From: Sminthopsis crassicaudata
Taxonomy: Eukaryota
Length of the DNA stretch: 64,000 bases
Direction of reading: 5' to 3'
Assembly (NCBI RefSeq): GCF_048593235.1
Contig: NC_133617.1
Span: 185,340,937 to 185,404,936, forward strand
The notes beneath the pieces were generated by a model, which worked only from the letters and a program-made list of their open reading frames with translations, made no database searches and had not been told where the DNA came from. This document shows positions 1-13,440 of this stretch, in pieces. How positions within the stretch are numbered: the stretch's first letter is position 1; each line of letters begins with the position of its first letter. The position numbers were made by a program, and so were the translations under genes.

Positions 1-949
1 CATGACCTTTTTTGATGTTCACAGTAGCTCAGTGCATTAGGAGTTATCCTTAATTTGACTGAAGAGGAAACTGAGGCTGAGAGGTAAAGTTATTTGCTTT
101 TGGTAAATAGAAGAGCAGTTTGAAATAAAATTCTTTTAAATCTTAATATTTTCCCCACCACATTGCTGATGTCAAAGACCTTGATGATAGAGAAATAAGC
201 TTACATCATAGTTTCTTCCAGTAGCCAAATTTTTAAAGCATGTAGAAATGTTCTGGAGAAATTCTTTCATAGAAGATCTTATATCCATTAATTTCATTTA
301 ACAAATTCTACAGAGGAAGGTTATGTAAATGGAAATAACTAATTGGAGTAGACATGAGTATTAATTGGAGAGGAGGTGTTGTAGAGGGCAGAATGGTTGC
401 CCATTGGCAAGCAATGCTGTTATTTGAAGAGAACAGGATGCCCTTAAGGCCAATGAGGTGGCATTTTGCCTTTTTCACCCATAAAAGTACTAAAAAATGA
501 AGTGGAAAATTCAATTGGAAAGAAATCATTAAGCATATAAAAGTAAAGGACTCAACACCAGAATAAGAATTAAAATGGAAAAATTGCTGAGTACATAGAA
601 TTATTAAAAGATTTTTAAAAAATTTCTTATTCAAGCTGCATATCTCATCAAATATTAGAATATTTAACTTCTGGTAATAAATCAGAATGTAATTCTCCTC
701 AGGCCTAAATGGAGTATCTTTATCTTATGCATTTTAGTCATTATTGGTGAAATAATGTACTGTCTAAATTTTATAAATACCTTAGCTGAGTTACTTATAT
801 CTTAAATGGTCAAGATGAGTTTAAAACAAATAATATATTAACTTGATCATAGATTATTCATCACTTAATGTATAATAGGTAGGTTTCATAGAACTGGATT
901 CCAAAGGTAATGCCCTAACCTGATTGGCAAAATTATGTTATTATTCGTG

Positions 950-1190
950 AGAGGAATTGTGGTATAGCAGATAAAGTCCCAGACCTACACTAAAATCTTT
1001 CTGCCAGTTGAAAAGTTTTATGATTACCATTTGACTATTGAATCCCTTTGAGTCTCAGTTTCCCCATCTGTAAAATGTGGATGTTACCTGTGGTATTTAC
1101 CTTATTGTTTGTTGTTGTTATGAGTCACAAATAAGGTAATGTGTAGTTTAAAGTTCTATGCTTGTAGGTTGTTATTTGTTGCTATATTAC
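950..1190 (+). mobile_element. MIR SINE
   Basis: Core gtctcagtttccccatctgtaaaatg plus tRNA-like head and 3' tail, matched to recalled MIR consensus. Confidence 0.8.
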
Positions 1191-2074
1191 TAGGATTAGC
1201 AGCTTGTATAATTCTATAAAGCTAATCTATTTGAGAAAAAAATCAGGAATAATAATTTTTTTGTTCTTTCTTTCTAGAAAAGTTAAACAATCCCTTTCTC
1301 TAAAACTAATGTCTTCCTAGGCCACTGAAAAAATGCCTAGCTGCTTTCTGGAATAGACTTACTGGATATTTTACATAGTTACTACCTGCCTTTATGATGC
1401 ACAGAGCAGACGTCCTTAGAAGCAAAGGGTGTTGGGGAAAGTAGCCTACAGTTGTGCAAATGATTAGAAATGCCAGCTAACAAAAGTTTCCTCTGAAGGA
1501 TATTCTTGGAATATGTTTTACAAAAGATAGAGCTGAAGTCCTAAGATATTCTGAGGAAAAAGTAAAATATTGGAGAAAGGAGGTAGGAGAAGAACATCTG
1601 TAAAGGGAATAATGAGACTGTGATCTCTGAGAGCAAAGTTCAAAACCCAGAAAATCAAGCTGAGGAAGAGAAGGAGGGTTGATAAAGGAGGCTGATAGAA
1701 AAGAAACTGGAGAGGGACAGCTGGTTGGAAATTTGATAATGGATGTTTGTTCTGCTCACTTGCATATTGAGAGAACTTGGCTTTGATGTAATATGGAGTT
1801 CTGTCTCCAGTGTGTAGGCTTCATGGGCTAGTCACATGCATCACTGGGAAATTAATCTAAGGTTTTATTTATTTTTTTTCTGGAATAATAAAGTACATTC
1901 TTAAGTACATTCACAATTTAATCATTGGAAGTTGCAACTATGTGAGCAGTGACACAATTGTATAGCACCTCAATTTCCTTTATCCTATAGGTACCACTAT
2001 TTAGCTTATTGAAAATAATAGAGAAAACTTGATGAAAACCAAGGATTTATTGTCACATAGTCAGCTCAATGACT

Positions 2075-2300
2075 CAGTGGGAAAAGAACTGGACTTTTTG
2101 ACGATATAAGTTCAAGTCTTGTCTCCAGTACTTATTAGCTTTGTAAACCCTGCCTTAGTTTCTTCAACTGTGAAATGAGGATAATAATAGCACCTATTTC
2201 ACAGGGTTTTATGAGGATAAAATGATATAATATTTGTTAAGCATTTAGTACAGTGCCTACCACATAATTGATACTATATAAATGTTAGTTATAATAATAA
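2075..2300 (+). mobile_element. MIR SINE (near full length)
   Basis: gttcaagtcttg...ttagtttcttcaactgtgaaatgaggataataatagcacct...agtacagtgcctaccacata...aaatgttagtt. Confidence 0.9.
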
Positions 2301-2371
2301 TGATGGTATGTATTATAATGGGAAAACAGGATTTTTCCTTTATAAAAGGAAAAATATATATGTATTATAAC

Positions 2372-2595
2372 AGGAGGATCCAAGTTCAAATATGACCTCA
2401 AATACTTGATATTTACTACCTGTGTCATCTTGGGTAAGTTTTCTAAATCTGATTGCCTCACAAAAGGAAAGAAAAAAGATATTATAAAATAGGTATCATA
2501 ATAGTACCTACTTTCCAAGGTTGTTATGAGAATCAAGTGAGATAATAGTTTTTTTAGTATAGTATCTGCATATAGCAAATGCTTTATAAATCTTT
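2372..2595 (+). mobile_element. MIR SINE
   Basis: aagttcaaatatgacctcaaatac...ttgggtaagtt...aatagtacctactttccaaggttgttatgagaatcaagtgag. Confidence 0.85.
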
Positions 2596-3139
2596 TCTTC
2601 CTTACATTTTCTTCCCTCTCTTGTTCTCTCCCTCCCTGCCTTCTTTCCTTCCTTCCCAAAATGAGTATTAGCAAAATAGAAAAGACAACATGGGATAATA
2701 AGATGATTACTACAACCAATAACACTAAGCTCAATCATCAATAAGCACTTATTAGGTATCTACTGAATTCCAGGCACTGCCCAAAGGAGTTTACACATAC
2801 ATAAGGAGTTTATACATACATGTATGTACATGGAAGTTACTTGTTCAATAATAATTATAAATCCTTATTTAATCCTTACATTCACCCTTTTAAGAAGGTG
2901 CTATTATTGTTAGCTTGAGACCCAGAAAGATGACATGCCTTACTAAGGGCCATATAGCTAGAAATAGTTGAGATAAAATGTAAATGTAGCTTTCTCTGAC
3001 TTCCTGTCTAGCAAGCTACCCACCATGTATGTGATATTGCCTCTCAGTGCTTCTCATGCTGAATAGAGATAATAATTCAAATCATGGGAATTGATACAAT
3101 CATAGTGAAAAAAAAAGTATAGGGAGAATGATAAGGATT

Positions 3140-3300
3140 TTTGAATCCTTATCATTCTTGACTTTTTTAAAGCATTTGATATGTTGATTACCTATTATTC
3201 CTGTATGAACTCTTCTCCTTGAGTTTGCAAAATATTATTCTTTGCTGGTTATCCTATATGGAAGGTTCTTCATGATCTATGTCTGGTCTCCTACCTATAA
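3140..3300 (+). mobile_element. L2 LINE RT fragment
   Basis: atcattcttgac...gcatttgatatgttgattacc resembles the L2 LDLSAAFDTVDH motif. Confidence 0.65.
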
Positions 3301-4659
3301 ATGCCCCCACCCCTAACAGAAAAGACAGTTTAGGAAGGATGAGAAATAACAAGGAAGGATAGGAACTTTTGCTCAGAAGAATGTAAGAATTGTAGGTCAT
3401 GAAAAATGGGATCCTTGTAAGTAATTATCAAGAGTATGACCTTCCCCATGTGTGTGTCTAAGATGGAATGAAGGTGCATGGAAATCAAGTTGATTAATGA
3501 ACAGGGAGGAGGGGGTTATTGAAGGATGATCAACAAATGTTTTGCAGTCCTTAAGTATAAGGGCAAAGGGATAGGTAAATTGCAAATAAATAAGTAGATA
3601 GATAAATAAACAAGCAAATAAATAAAAGAAGGGAGGATAACTTAGGAGCTTGAAGATACGCTAAACCTTAATGTTAGTTTAGATAAACTAAATTAAGATA
3701 TACTAAACCTCAGTGGAAGAAAGTTGTTAATGATGATGGCAGAAGAAAGATCCAAAAGAAGAAATGAGGAGCACAAGTTATGTTTAATTTTCCTCTTGGT
3801 ATTTCCTGTTGTAGTGATTGAAAGAAAGTATATTCTTTAGTGGATAGGTTAACTAAAGATAGAGTGTTCTGGGATTAGTTAGATTTACATAAATAGAAGA
3901 GAATTGGAGTATGAAAGAAAAGAATACATGATGTAAGGAAGCTTATAAATAATCATATTGTTGAGGAGATATCAAGAGAGGAGGGGACTCTCTCCATAAA
4001 GACTCAGAAGGGGAAATGTTGAGAGATCATAAAAGCAATAGGGAAAGCATATTTTGTCCAGGCAGTTGGCATAAGGTTTGGCAGAATACACTGGGATCTC
4101 TATTTTCCTCATTTATAAAATGGGAGCATTGGACTGGATAATCCGTGAACATCCTTTTAGTATTGGTTCTACGAACCTATGATCCTTTAATGGGAATTTG
4201 CTACCTTTAGAAGAGGGATTTAAAATCATTTGCCCAGGTTCTGTGGATAGCACAGAGCAGTATTTTTGGAGAGCCACTGTGGCTATGGGATTTGGATGTT
4301 TCTGGAAATATTTTCCTTTTATTAACATTGTATTTTTCTCATTGTAGATTGCTTCCTTTATCATATAAATATTCTCTAAATTGGGTTGAAGGCAGGTTTT
4401 ACCCACCTGGTCATTGTTGCCAAGTTACCCCAAATCCTTTGCTTAATCAATTAATTTTTATACTGTTCTCTAGTCTCTTGTTTCTTTATTCTATCAACAT
4501 TGCCCTGCTAAGCTTCAGCTTTTTATAATTCCAAATTTCCCAGGCCTTTACTCCTATTCATATGCTACTGAAAGAAGGTAGAAAAAGTCATGAAACTACG
4601 TCAATCGCCTCTACTAAAACTGTGTGTCATATAGTCCTAAATAGGTCCTCACTGCAGCA

Positions 4660-5470
4660 AAGCAATCCTTTTCCATCTTCCTAATTAGCTCATTCTCCCA
4701 CCCACTGCAGTAGTTTTTCCAAATCTTTTGATACCTCCAATAGATCCCTTTTTGCCTTACCTTTTCAGTTGAAGACCGTGCCCCATATTTCACTAAAAAA
4801 TCTTGAGGCCATTTGTCGAGAGATAACTACCTTCATCTAATATCACTTAGATGTCCTTTGCCATTAGTTCCTCCATCTCTGTCTCACATGAAGATATGGC
4901 CTTTCTCCTTACCAAGACAAACTACTCTATACACAAGTGATCTTATTCTATTTCTTTTTCTCCAGCATGCGGCCCGTCCTCTTTAATTCCCACTATCTCA
5001 CTTATTTTTAACCTTTCCTAGTAAGAAACTACTTTCTTACTGCCTACAAATATGCCCATGTCTTAAGCTCTAGAAATACTCATTTCTTTTATCCATTTGT
5101 CCCTTTTTACTTTTTCAGACTTTTTATGCCTTATTACTTACCAAGTACTCTGTGACCAAATGATAACTTGCTGTTCCTCACACAAACCATCTTACACTCT
5201 GTCATTTTCATGAACTGTTCCCTATACCTAGAACTTTCTCTTCTTTATCTCTGCATCCTGACTTCCTGGTCTTCTTGCAAGTTTCAGCTAAAATCCCATC
5301 TTCTATTGCTTCTGTGATGATTTCAAATTGATCCTCTATTTATCTTGTTTATATATTATTGTTTTCATGTTGTCTCCCTCATTAGACTGGCCAAGGAATT
5401 CACATTCTTTGTGTCCCCATCATTTAGCATAGTGTCTGGAACATAGTAAATGCTTAATAAATTTTTATTG
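4660..5470 (+). mobile_element. L2 LINE 3' part
   Basis: Ends with typical L2 tail tttagcatagtgtctggaacatagtaaatgcttaataaat; pyrimidine-rich L2 body upstream. Confidence 0.75.
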
Positions 5471-5644
5471 ACTAACTTGAACGTATCATGATGATTTTTT
5501 GCTGCATGTCTGAATTTGATTCATAATTCTGTAATCACAACCCTTTTCTACTAACCTTCACCTTTTTTCCCTGACTCTATAGGGCATATTTGAGAAAGTT
5601 TAGGAGAAGCTGGATAAGGCTTAAAACTTAAAACCAGACTGGTA

Positions 5645-6040
5645 TTGTTTTTTAAATTTTTGTATTGCAGTAAATTTATTTTTAATACTTATTGCTTTGT
5701 ATATCATGTTTGGAGAGAAAAAATCAGAGGAAAAGGAAAAAAGCTATGGGAGAGATAAACATAAAAAAGAAGTGAACCTAGCATATGTTGATTTGCATTC
5801 AGTCTCCTCAGTTGTTTTTCTGAATGCAGATAGACAGAAAATTCTAGATAGAATTGAATAAACAAGCTAATTATACACTAGCTAGCTAGATGCAGATAGG
5901 TTCTATTTGTTTCACTCAGTATCAGTTCATGTAAATTTTTCCAGGCCTTTCTATAATCAGCTTGTTATTTTTTATAGAACAATAATAATGCATTACCTTG
6001 ATGTACCACAACTTGTTCAGCCATTTCCCCAATTGATGGG
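5645..6040 (-). mobile_element. Marsupial L1 3' end (antisense), internally deleted
   Basis: ttcactcagtatcagttcatgtaaat...ccacaacttgttcagccatttccccaattgatggg is the reverse complement of the L1 ORF2 end and 3' UTR; T-rich left end. Confidence 0.85.
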
Positions 6041-7281
6041 CTTCCACAGACTGGTATGGTTAATGGGAAAAAACAGTATGTTAAGAGAAAGCCACTTTCA
6101 TAACAACTTAATGACATCATAAAGAGACAGTATGCTGAAACCAAGTGGACACATATCAATTCTATCTTTCTTTTTTTTTTTTTTCTTTTTCAATTCTAGC
6201 TTTCATACGGGAACTCAATGGCTAATTGACCCATCTTCACTTCTTTGGGGTCAATATTGATAGATTGCTTCAAAACCCAAAGGATAAAGGGAAAATTGGA
6301 ACTCATTAATAAATGTATCCTTTAAAAACTGAGCTAGAAGCTCCTTTAAGGGAAGAACCAGGCCAGTTATTATGCAATTCTGTATCATTTTATATTCCTT
6401 TCAGCTGAAGAATGTGTGTGTTCCTATGATCAGTTCAGATTTGACTGGCCAAAATGGACTTTGTTAGCAATTTTTTTTTTTTTATCTATTCGTTAAACTC
6501 TTTAGTTCTCTCTCAATTTATTTTTAATTTCCTTTCCAAACTCAGGTTTTTATATCTGTTAACAATTCTGTCATCCATCTTACAGAATATTATTGTCTTT
6601 CTTATATGTTAGTCAATTTCTTGACTTTTTTATTTTATCTTGATTTTGTGTGACAGATTGGAAGATGAAATAGGTATGGGGAAAAGGGAATCATTTCCCA
6701 CTCAAAAGCCACATTTTTTGCAAACTGAAAAGAAAGTTCAAAACTGCCTACAAAGTCAGATATGATTAAATAGAATATAGACAACAAAATCCATTTCTCA
6801 AATCATGATCAACATTTCTCTCTAGCCCATAACTGTTCCTGGCTTCCAAGCAATTTTTTTATTTTTTATTTTTTTTAGCGAGTGTGGTATGTTGTCTATC
6901 TAGTTCCAGTAGGGACTAAAAAATCCTAAAAGTCAGAGACTTGGCTTTGCCATATTCTATATCTCACCTAGTAATATTGTTGGTCAATTGAAATTTGGTG
7001 ATGCCCTTAAAAATAAGATGCAAATTAATGGTGAAGCTCCAGAGCTGATCTGTTTCTGAAGTCTTTAACAACATTTACAAATAAAAATCCCTCCCTGTGT
7101 CTTTAGGGAATTAGTTATCGGGAAAGTGCATGCAATAATGTACATTTTATCTCAGATTAGGACTCACTCTTCCTGGAAGCCATTAGACTCCTTTTCATTC
7201 AGTTGGCACACAGGCTAGAAAACCAGATAAAACCCAGGATTGTAGAGGAAGGCTTTTTCAAATGGGTAGGTTTTCCCAAGG

Positions 7282-7282
<1 letters not shown>

Positions 7283-7331
<49 letters not shown>

Positions 7332-7378
7332 AAATTGGCTATATTTGTATAATGACTCTTGTTTATAATTTCTGTAAG

Positions 7379-7430
<52 letters not shown>
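7283..7430. repeat. (TG)24 and about (TA)24 microsatellites
   Basis: Read directly: TG 7283-7330, TA 7382-7430. Confidence 0.98.
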
Positions 7431-7432
<2 letters not shown>

Positions 7433-8770
7433 CATGTTCAGGAAAGAAGCATGTATTTTAGTTATAATAAACTATTGAGGAATTATTGGCTAGAAGAACG
7501 CAATTTATGTAAATTGAATTGCCTTTATATGTTTTTTTTTTCTCATATAGATTCCTTAGCTATCTTCCTTTGCCTCAACACTAACCCCATATGCTAATGG
7601 AACAGTTTTGAGAATACTTTTATAATCAAAGAATAATGTAGCATATTGATAACAAATAACTTAGTAGGCAGGAGAGGATGCGAGATTTAATTGGCTCCAT
7701 CAGCTTCCCTGTTGTGTTCCTTCCCTGGTTTCTGCTAGTAGCTACAAATGGCTAGGCACCCTAAGGAGAGAAGAATGCTTCTTTCTTGTTCTGTTTCAAT
7801 TATTGGCCGTGATTGGATATTTTGAAGGAATTAAATAATATACAAATTGACATTTAACTAGCAACTTCATAAGAGATCATTTTTTCTCCTTTTCCAAATA
7901 TCTTGTTAATTTGCTGTAGTCACCCATTGACTTTCCCTGACACTGAAAGAGACAGACTCATCCATCTTTTGTGACAATGAAATTGGACCCATTCTTCCTA
8001 ACTCTGTAACTGGAAGAAAGCCTTTATTATGTGGTTTTGTAAAATACACAGAAATCAACATTGCTGCTACATATGCTATTTGGTTCAAGTTTTCTCACTA
8101 TAAGGGTGAGAAATGGTCATAATTTTCTTCAAGACTGACAACTAATATATTTAGTGTACTCTAGGATATGGTATGTACACATATGCCATATGATATTGGC
8201 CAAGATTATGAAATGATTTCCATTAAGACAACTCTTTCTACATCCTGGCAAATAAAAAATTGTATAAGAGTTTTGTGTCTCACAAAAAATGAAGTTTGGA
8301 GGAAGGGGATTAACTGGATTCTACAGCATTTGAAAGTTTTTGTTAAAATGCCTAGAATTCTTGATAGAAATTAGAAAAATCTGCAGAGACTTCTGGGCAT
8401 CAAATGCAAATTTAAAACTAAAGTCATTGACACATTAACATTGTTTAGTAAAAAGATCTTTGGAATAAAAATCAGGTTCTTTGTATGCATGTGTATGTAT
8501 ATATATATATGTATATGCATTGTGTAGGTACATGCATATAATAAAATAAATTTAAAAATAAATACAAGATCAATATAAGATATCTGGGAAGGGAAAGTAT
8601 CAGTAGTTTTGGGGGAAATGGGTAAGGTTTCATGTAGAAGGTAATTTTATAATTGAATCTTAAATAAAGGAATTTCACAGTAAGAGGCATGCCCAAGATT
8701 TGGGGGAGTCATAGGAGATCTTTCATGTTGAAGGCAATTTTAATAGAGTTGTATGGAAAGAACCATCTCT

Positions 8771-9075
8771 ATCTGGAGAGAGTACTATGGAAACTTAATA
8801 TAGATCAAAACATAGTATTTTCACCTTTCTGTTGATGTTTGCTTGATTTTTTTTCTTCTTGTGTTTTTCCCCCCTTTTGGTCTGATTTTTCTTGTGAAGC
8901 ATGATGAATATGGAAATACGTTTAGCAGAGTTGAACATGTTTTATCTATATTGTCTGGAGGGAGGAGGGAGGAAGGGAGAAAAATTTTGAACATAAGGTT
9001 TTGCAAAGATGAATGTTGAAAACTATCTTTGCATGTATTTGGGAAAATAAAAAGCTATTATAATATTTGACAAAC
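8771..9075 (+). mobile_element. Marsupial L1 3' UTR fragment
   Basis: gcatgatgaatatggaaatacgtttag...ggttttgcaaagatgaatgttgaaaactatctttgcatgtatttgggaaaataaaaag. Confidence 0.85.
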
Positions 9076-9351
9076 AAAAAGATATCTCATGTTGCAATCC
9101 AATTTCTAGAACTTAATTTGGCATCATTGCTCCTTGGTATGCAGACAACCAATTCCTCCTGCCCTGTGTATAAGTTAGTATTGATCTTGGATTAAAATTC
9201 TGTTTTTCTCATGTCTGGTAGAAACAAACTAGATTTTTCTGCTTTTGCTTGCTCTAATTTTATAGAACTGAAGCAATGGTACCTTTTATTGAACATATTT
9301 TGATAACTGAATTTTGTGCACTTAATGACCTTTACCATGAATACAGGAGCA

Positions 9352-9605
9352 ACAAGGTGGCACACTAGAGTAGGGGATAGTTTATTGGACTTGGAGTCAG
9401 GAAGACCTGAGTTCAAATCTGACCTCAAACACTTAATACCTATATGACTCTGGACAAGTCACTTAATCTCTGTCTGTCTCAGTTTCCTCATATCTAAAAT
9501 GGAAATAATAATAGCCCCTATTTCATGGGTTTGTTATAAAGATCAAATGAAATAATATATGGAAAGCACTTTGTAAACCTTAACATCCTATATAAATTAT
9601 AACTG
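9352..9605 (+). mobile_element. MIR SINE (near full length)
   Basis: ggagtcaggaagacctgagttcaaatctgacctcaaacac...tctcagtttcctcatatctaaaatgg. Confidence 0.92.
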
Positions 9606-9799
9606 TTACCAGGGCAGGGAGGGGTCCTCATGCCAATTTATAAATGTAGGAAATTCTTAGCTTCATTGTTGGTTGTGGATGGCTCTCTCTTCAATAATCT
9701 GATTCTCTATCCAATAAACCACTCTGTTTTTCATGAAAGTTAGTAATATAAAAAGTAGAATAAAGTTAGATTGTGGAAGGCTTTAAATACTAAGGGGAA

Positions 9800-10170
9800 A
9801 TGAAATGATTCAAAGCAATTCCATTAAACTTGTGATGCAAAGTGCCATCTTAATCCAGAGAGAATTATGGAGACTGAATGTGGATCAAATATGGTATCCT
9901 CATCATTTTTGTTTTCTGTTTGTTTGTTTTTTCTTTCTTGTATTTTTTCCCTTTTTATCTGATTTTTGTGTGTGTGTGTGCAGCATGATGAATATGGAAA
10001 TATGTTTAGAAGAATTGCACGTGTTTAACCATTGGATTCCTTGTTGTCTTGGGGAGAAAGGAAGGGAGATTAGAGGGAGAAAAATTGTAACACAAGGTTT
10101 TGTAAGGGTGAATGTTGAAAACTACCTTTGCATGCACTTTGAAAAATAAAATAGAATTAAAATTTTAAAA
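9800..10170 (+). mobile_element. Marsupial L1 3' UTR fragment inserted in an L2
   Basis: Same 3' UTR motifs as 8771-9075; L2 sequence resumes on both sides. Confidence 0.85.
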
Positions 10171-11130
10171 TGCTAAATTGAGAAGTTTATATTTTATCTT
10201 TTAGGCAATAGTCATTAAAAACTATTTAATAAGGACAAGAGGTGGGACATATGTGACATTGTCAGACCTGGGTTTTAGGGAGAGTGATTTGGCAGCTAAA
10301 AAAGAGAGGGAAGATGAGGAAAGACTGGGAGCTAGGAATTCAACTTCTAAATCTGTTGCAATAAACCAGTGATGGTGGAGGGGATGTGTGAGTGAAGAAA
10401 AGTGGACAAAATAGAGAAATGTTGTGGAAATGAGTGGCAATATTTTATAATTACTTGAATATGTAGGGAGAAGGAAAATAGCTGAGGATAATTGAGCTTT
10501 CAGATTTACATTGATTGGGAAGGCTTCAACAGTTTAGAAGAGGGGACCAGTTTTAATAGTGGTAGAAGGATTTGAAGTTCTGTTTTGGACATGTTTTTGA
10601 GAGATCTACAGAGTATCTAATTGGAGATATACAATTATTGAGATGAGACTAGAATTCAGGAAAGATGTGAGCTAACTATGTAAATTTTAGGCTCATCTTC
10701 AAAGAAATAATAATTGAATCAATGGGAATTAATGGGAGAGTATACACACATACATACAAGTATGTATATATGCATATATTGATATAGATAGCTATAGATA
10801 TATATAGAGAGTGGAGAAATTAGGAACTCAAACAGTTTTGGAGATAACTTTTAGCTACAGAGTAGAACATGATCCAGATTGAAGAGTGGTAAGATGGATA
10901 AAAAGTGAATCAGGAGAGAGTAATATAACAAAAAACAAAATAGGAGAGATTTTTCCAAAGGAAGCAGTGAACAATCATGCCAAATGTTGCAAAGCAGTCA
11001 AAATGTATGAGTTCTGAGAAAAGGCCGTTGGATTTATCAATTCAGCCATTTTGAAGATGATAGTGATATTAGAATATCTATGTAATAAAGTCAGAATCCA
11101 GATTCTAAGAAGCTGAAAAATAAGTAAAGA
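10170..11130 (-). mobile_element. L2 LINE (antisense), fragmented; earlier pieces near 8500-8760 and 9740-9800
   Basis: Purine-rich L2 reverse-complement motifs such as gttctgttttggacatgtttttgag and aggccgttggatttatcaatt...tagtgat. Confidence 0.7.
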
Positions 11131-11204
11131 GTTGAAGAAATAAACGTATTTTTCCCCAAAGAAGATATGGTAGTTTTTGTTATTGTTGATATAAGGATTA
11201 AGAG

Positions 11205-11280
11205 TAGAAAGAGGAGAATGAGAAGGAGGAGGAGAAAGAGAAGGAAGAGAAGGAAGATGAAGAGGAGGAGGAGAAGAAAA
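11205..11280. repeat. GA-rich low-complexity tract
   Basis: GAA/GGA mosaic; source of ORFs 10975-11313 and 11091-11294. Confidence 0.9.
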
Positions 11281-12499
11281 ACAAACCAACCCATCGATTG
11301 AAATTAAAAGCATATATATCTCATTCTACATCTATAATATACCATCTCATTAACAAGAAAAATATGCTATGTTTCTTATCTTTTGGAAGATTATTTACAT
11401 TTGCAAAAATGCATTATGCTTACATACTTATATGTTTACTAAAATCTCATTCAATTTTTTTATTGCAATAATGGTAAGTGCTTAGAAAATTAAAAATATC
11501 TCTCATCTCCATGGCATGACATGCTATATCTTCTGCAACTTTCTCCAGGGTAATGAAAAGTTGGCTATAGATCAATGCTAAACACTTTCCAAAATTAGTA
11601 CTATAGTATCTCTGATATCAGAATTGTAGTTATTGGCTATCTTCATCATGTAGGAACATGTTCCCTATCCTTTTTTCCCAATCTTTTTGAGATTTTCTTT
11701 AGCTTTAACTGTCAGAAATGGAATGTTTGACTTTTTTTTCTTAAACTTCTTATATAGGTATTTGGCTTCATGTAGAGAGTCTAAAATTCCTATAATCCCC
11801 AAAGACAGAATTCTGTCAGTATTCATGATAATAGGACTATTTTTCAAGGGATACCCTAAAGGATCATAATGCAGCCAATGTAATTTTGCTAGTAAAAACA
11901 AATCCCAACGAGAGGAAAAAAAAGACACAATAGCAATTGTGAGAATGTGGAGTAACCACCATCATCATGAATGAGATTGAAAATAACTTTGTATTATTTA
12001 AGTTCCAAAAAAGGAATGAGTAGAATAGCTTTTGATTTTTTTTCTTGTTCCATAATGCATTTCAATGTTCTTTGAACTGGGGAAGTGTAGCTGTTTGCTG
12101 GACATATTTGTAACTCTGACATGATCTACCAGCTCTCATAGATTATGCAGATATTCAACCATTTCTCAGACCTCATTTATGTCAGAATCACTGCAAACAC
12201 TTCAGTGAAAGCTAAAGTGAATTTAAAGAAATACCACATTAGAAAATTACAGGATCCTTTAAGCCTCGAAAGTAGCTTTCTTCTTGTTCCAAATACATGG
12301 AATAAAATATAGTAATTCTTGTGGTTCATTGAGGATGTAATGTAGGTAACTAACTTTTTGACTTGAGTTTTTCCCCACTTTCATCTAGAAGTATGGAACA
12401 CTTTCATTCCATGGAGATGTCTGCCAATGCCAAATCCCACTGGCACCAAAGCTAAGAACATTTTTTAAGCCAGAAAAAAGGAGCAAGAAAAGGGAATCT

Positions 12500-12850
12500 C
12501 AGAATTTGAGAATTAAAAGGAACTTCAAAAACTATCTAGATCAGTTGATGTCCTATTGATATTCCACTATAAGATATCTGACAAGTAGTCATACTATTCC
12601 ATCATCTTTCAAAGTATCCACTCCATTTTGGATAATCATGATTGGAAAAAATACCAACTATCAGTCTTGAAGTATTTGAAAGGTTTGTAAAATGAAAGTC
12701 AGGTTAAGTTGGTTCTTTTGGGGCCTCAGATTCCAGAACTAGGAATACTGGTGGAAACTGCATAGTAGTAAATTCTACAAAGGTAAATAGTAACAACAAT
12801 CATGGGAAAAACAAAATTGGGACTGGGCAAAGTTGAAATGACTTATCTTG
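12500..12850. mobile_element. L3/CR1 3' fragments (antisense about 12500-12600, sense about 12630-12850)
   Basis: agaatttgagaattaaaaggaacttc...atctagatc and gtcttgaagtatttgaaagg...ccagaactagg resemble the CR1 3' end. Confidence 0.6.
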
Positions 12851-12858
12851 GGAAGTGT

Positions 12859-13093
12859 GCAGCTAGGTGGCATAGTGGATAGAGTGCCAAGTCTGGAGTT
12901 AGGAAGACTTGATTAAATCTGGCTTCAGATACTTACTATGTGATCTTGGGTAAGTCACTTAATCCTGTTTTCTTAGCTATAAAATGAGTTGGAGAAGAAA
13001 ATGGCAAAACCTCTCCAAGATTTTTTTTTTTTTACCAAGAAAGCCCCCAATAAGGTCATGAAGATCAGAGATAACCAAATCAACTGAAACAAT
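12859..13093 (+). mobile_element. Mar1 CORE-SINE with RTE-derived tail
   Basis: gcagctaggtggcatagtggatagag head; ggagaagaaaatggcaaaacc...ccaagaaagcccc...caactgaaacaa tail. Confidence 0.85.
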
Positions 13094-13328
13094 TAGCTCA
13101 CTAAAAGTTTTTAAGCAGTTGTTAAAAACTTAGTATATTTCAGGCATGGTGCTAAGGAATGTAACTATAAATGCAAAAGACAGTTCCTGCTCACAAGGAG
13201 CTCATATTATACTTAAGGAGACCACAACTATGTACAATCTAGGATAAATTGGAGAAAATTGACAGAGGGAAGGCACTAACAATTCTTTGACCACTGAAAC
13301 TGTTTAAAAGACCTCTTCTTCTCCCCAG

Positions 13329-13440
13329 TATGTCCTGTTCACAGAATTTAATACCTGCTGGGGATGCTGTAGTGAGGATTATTATATAGGTGAAGATGTC
13401 CTATCTAGCAAAGAGTCTAATTCTGTAATACTGAGGAAAT
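13329..13440 (+). other. Candidate exon, 112 nt, gene unknown
   Basis: Acceptor ctcttcttctccccag, donor AT|gtgagt, frame 0 open (YVLFTEFNTCWGCCSEDYYIGEDVLSSKESNSVILRK); peptide not recognised. Confidence 0.25.

Noticed and set aside
7199-7597. ORFs with CV, YI or HT repeats (also 28800-29099, 32362-32580, 48792-49035, 10975-11313)
   Set aside because: Translations of microsatellites and low-complexity tracts.
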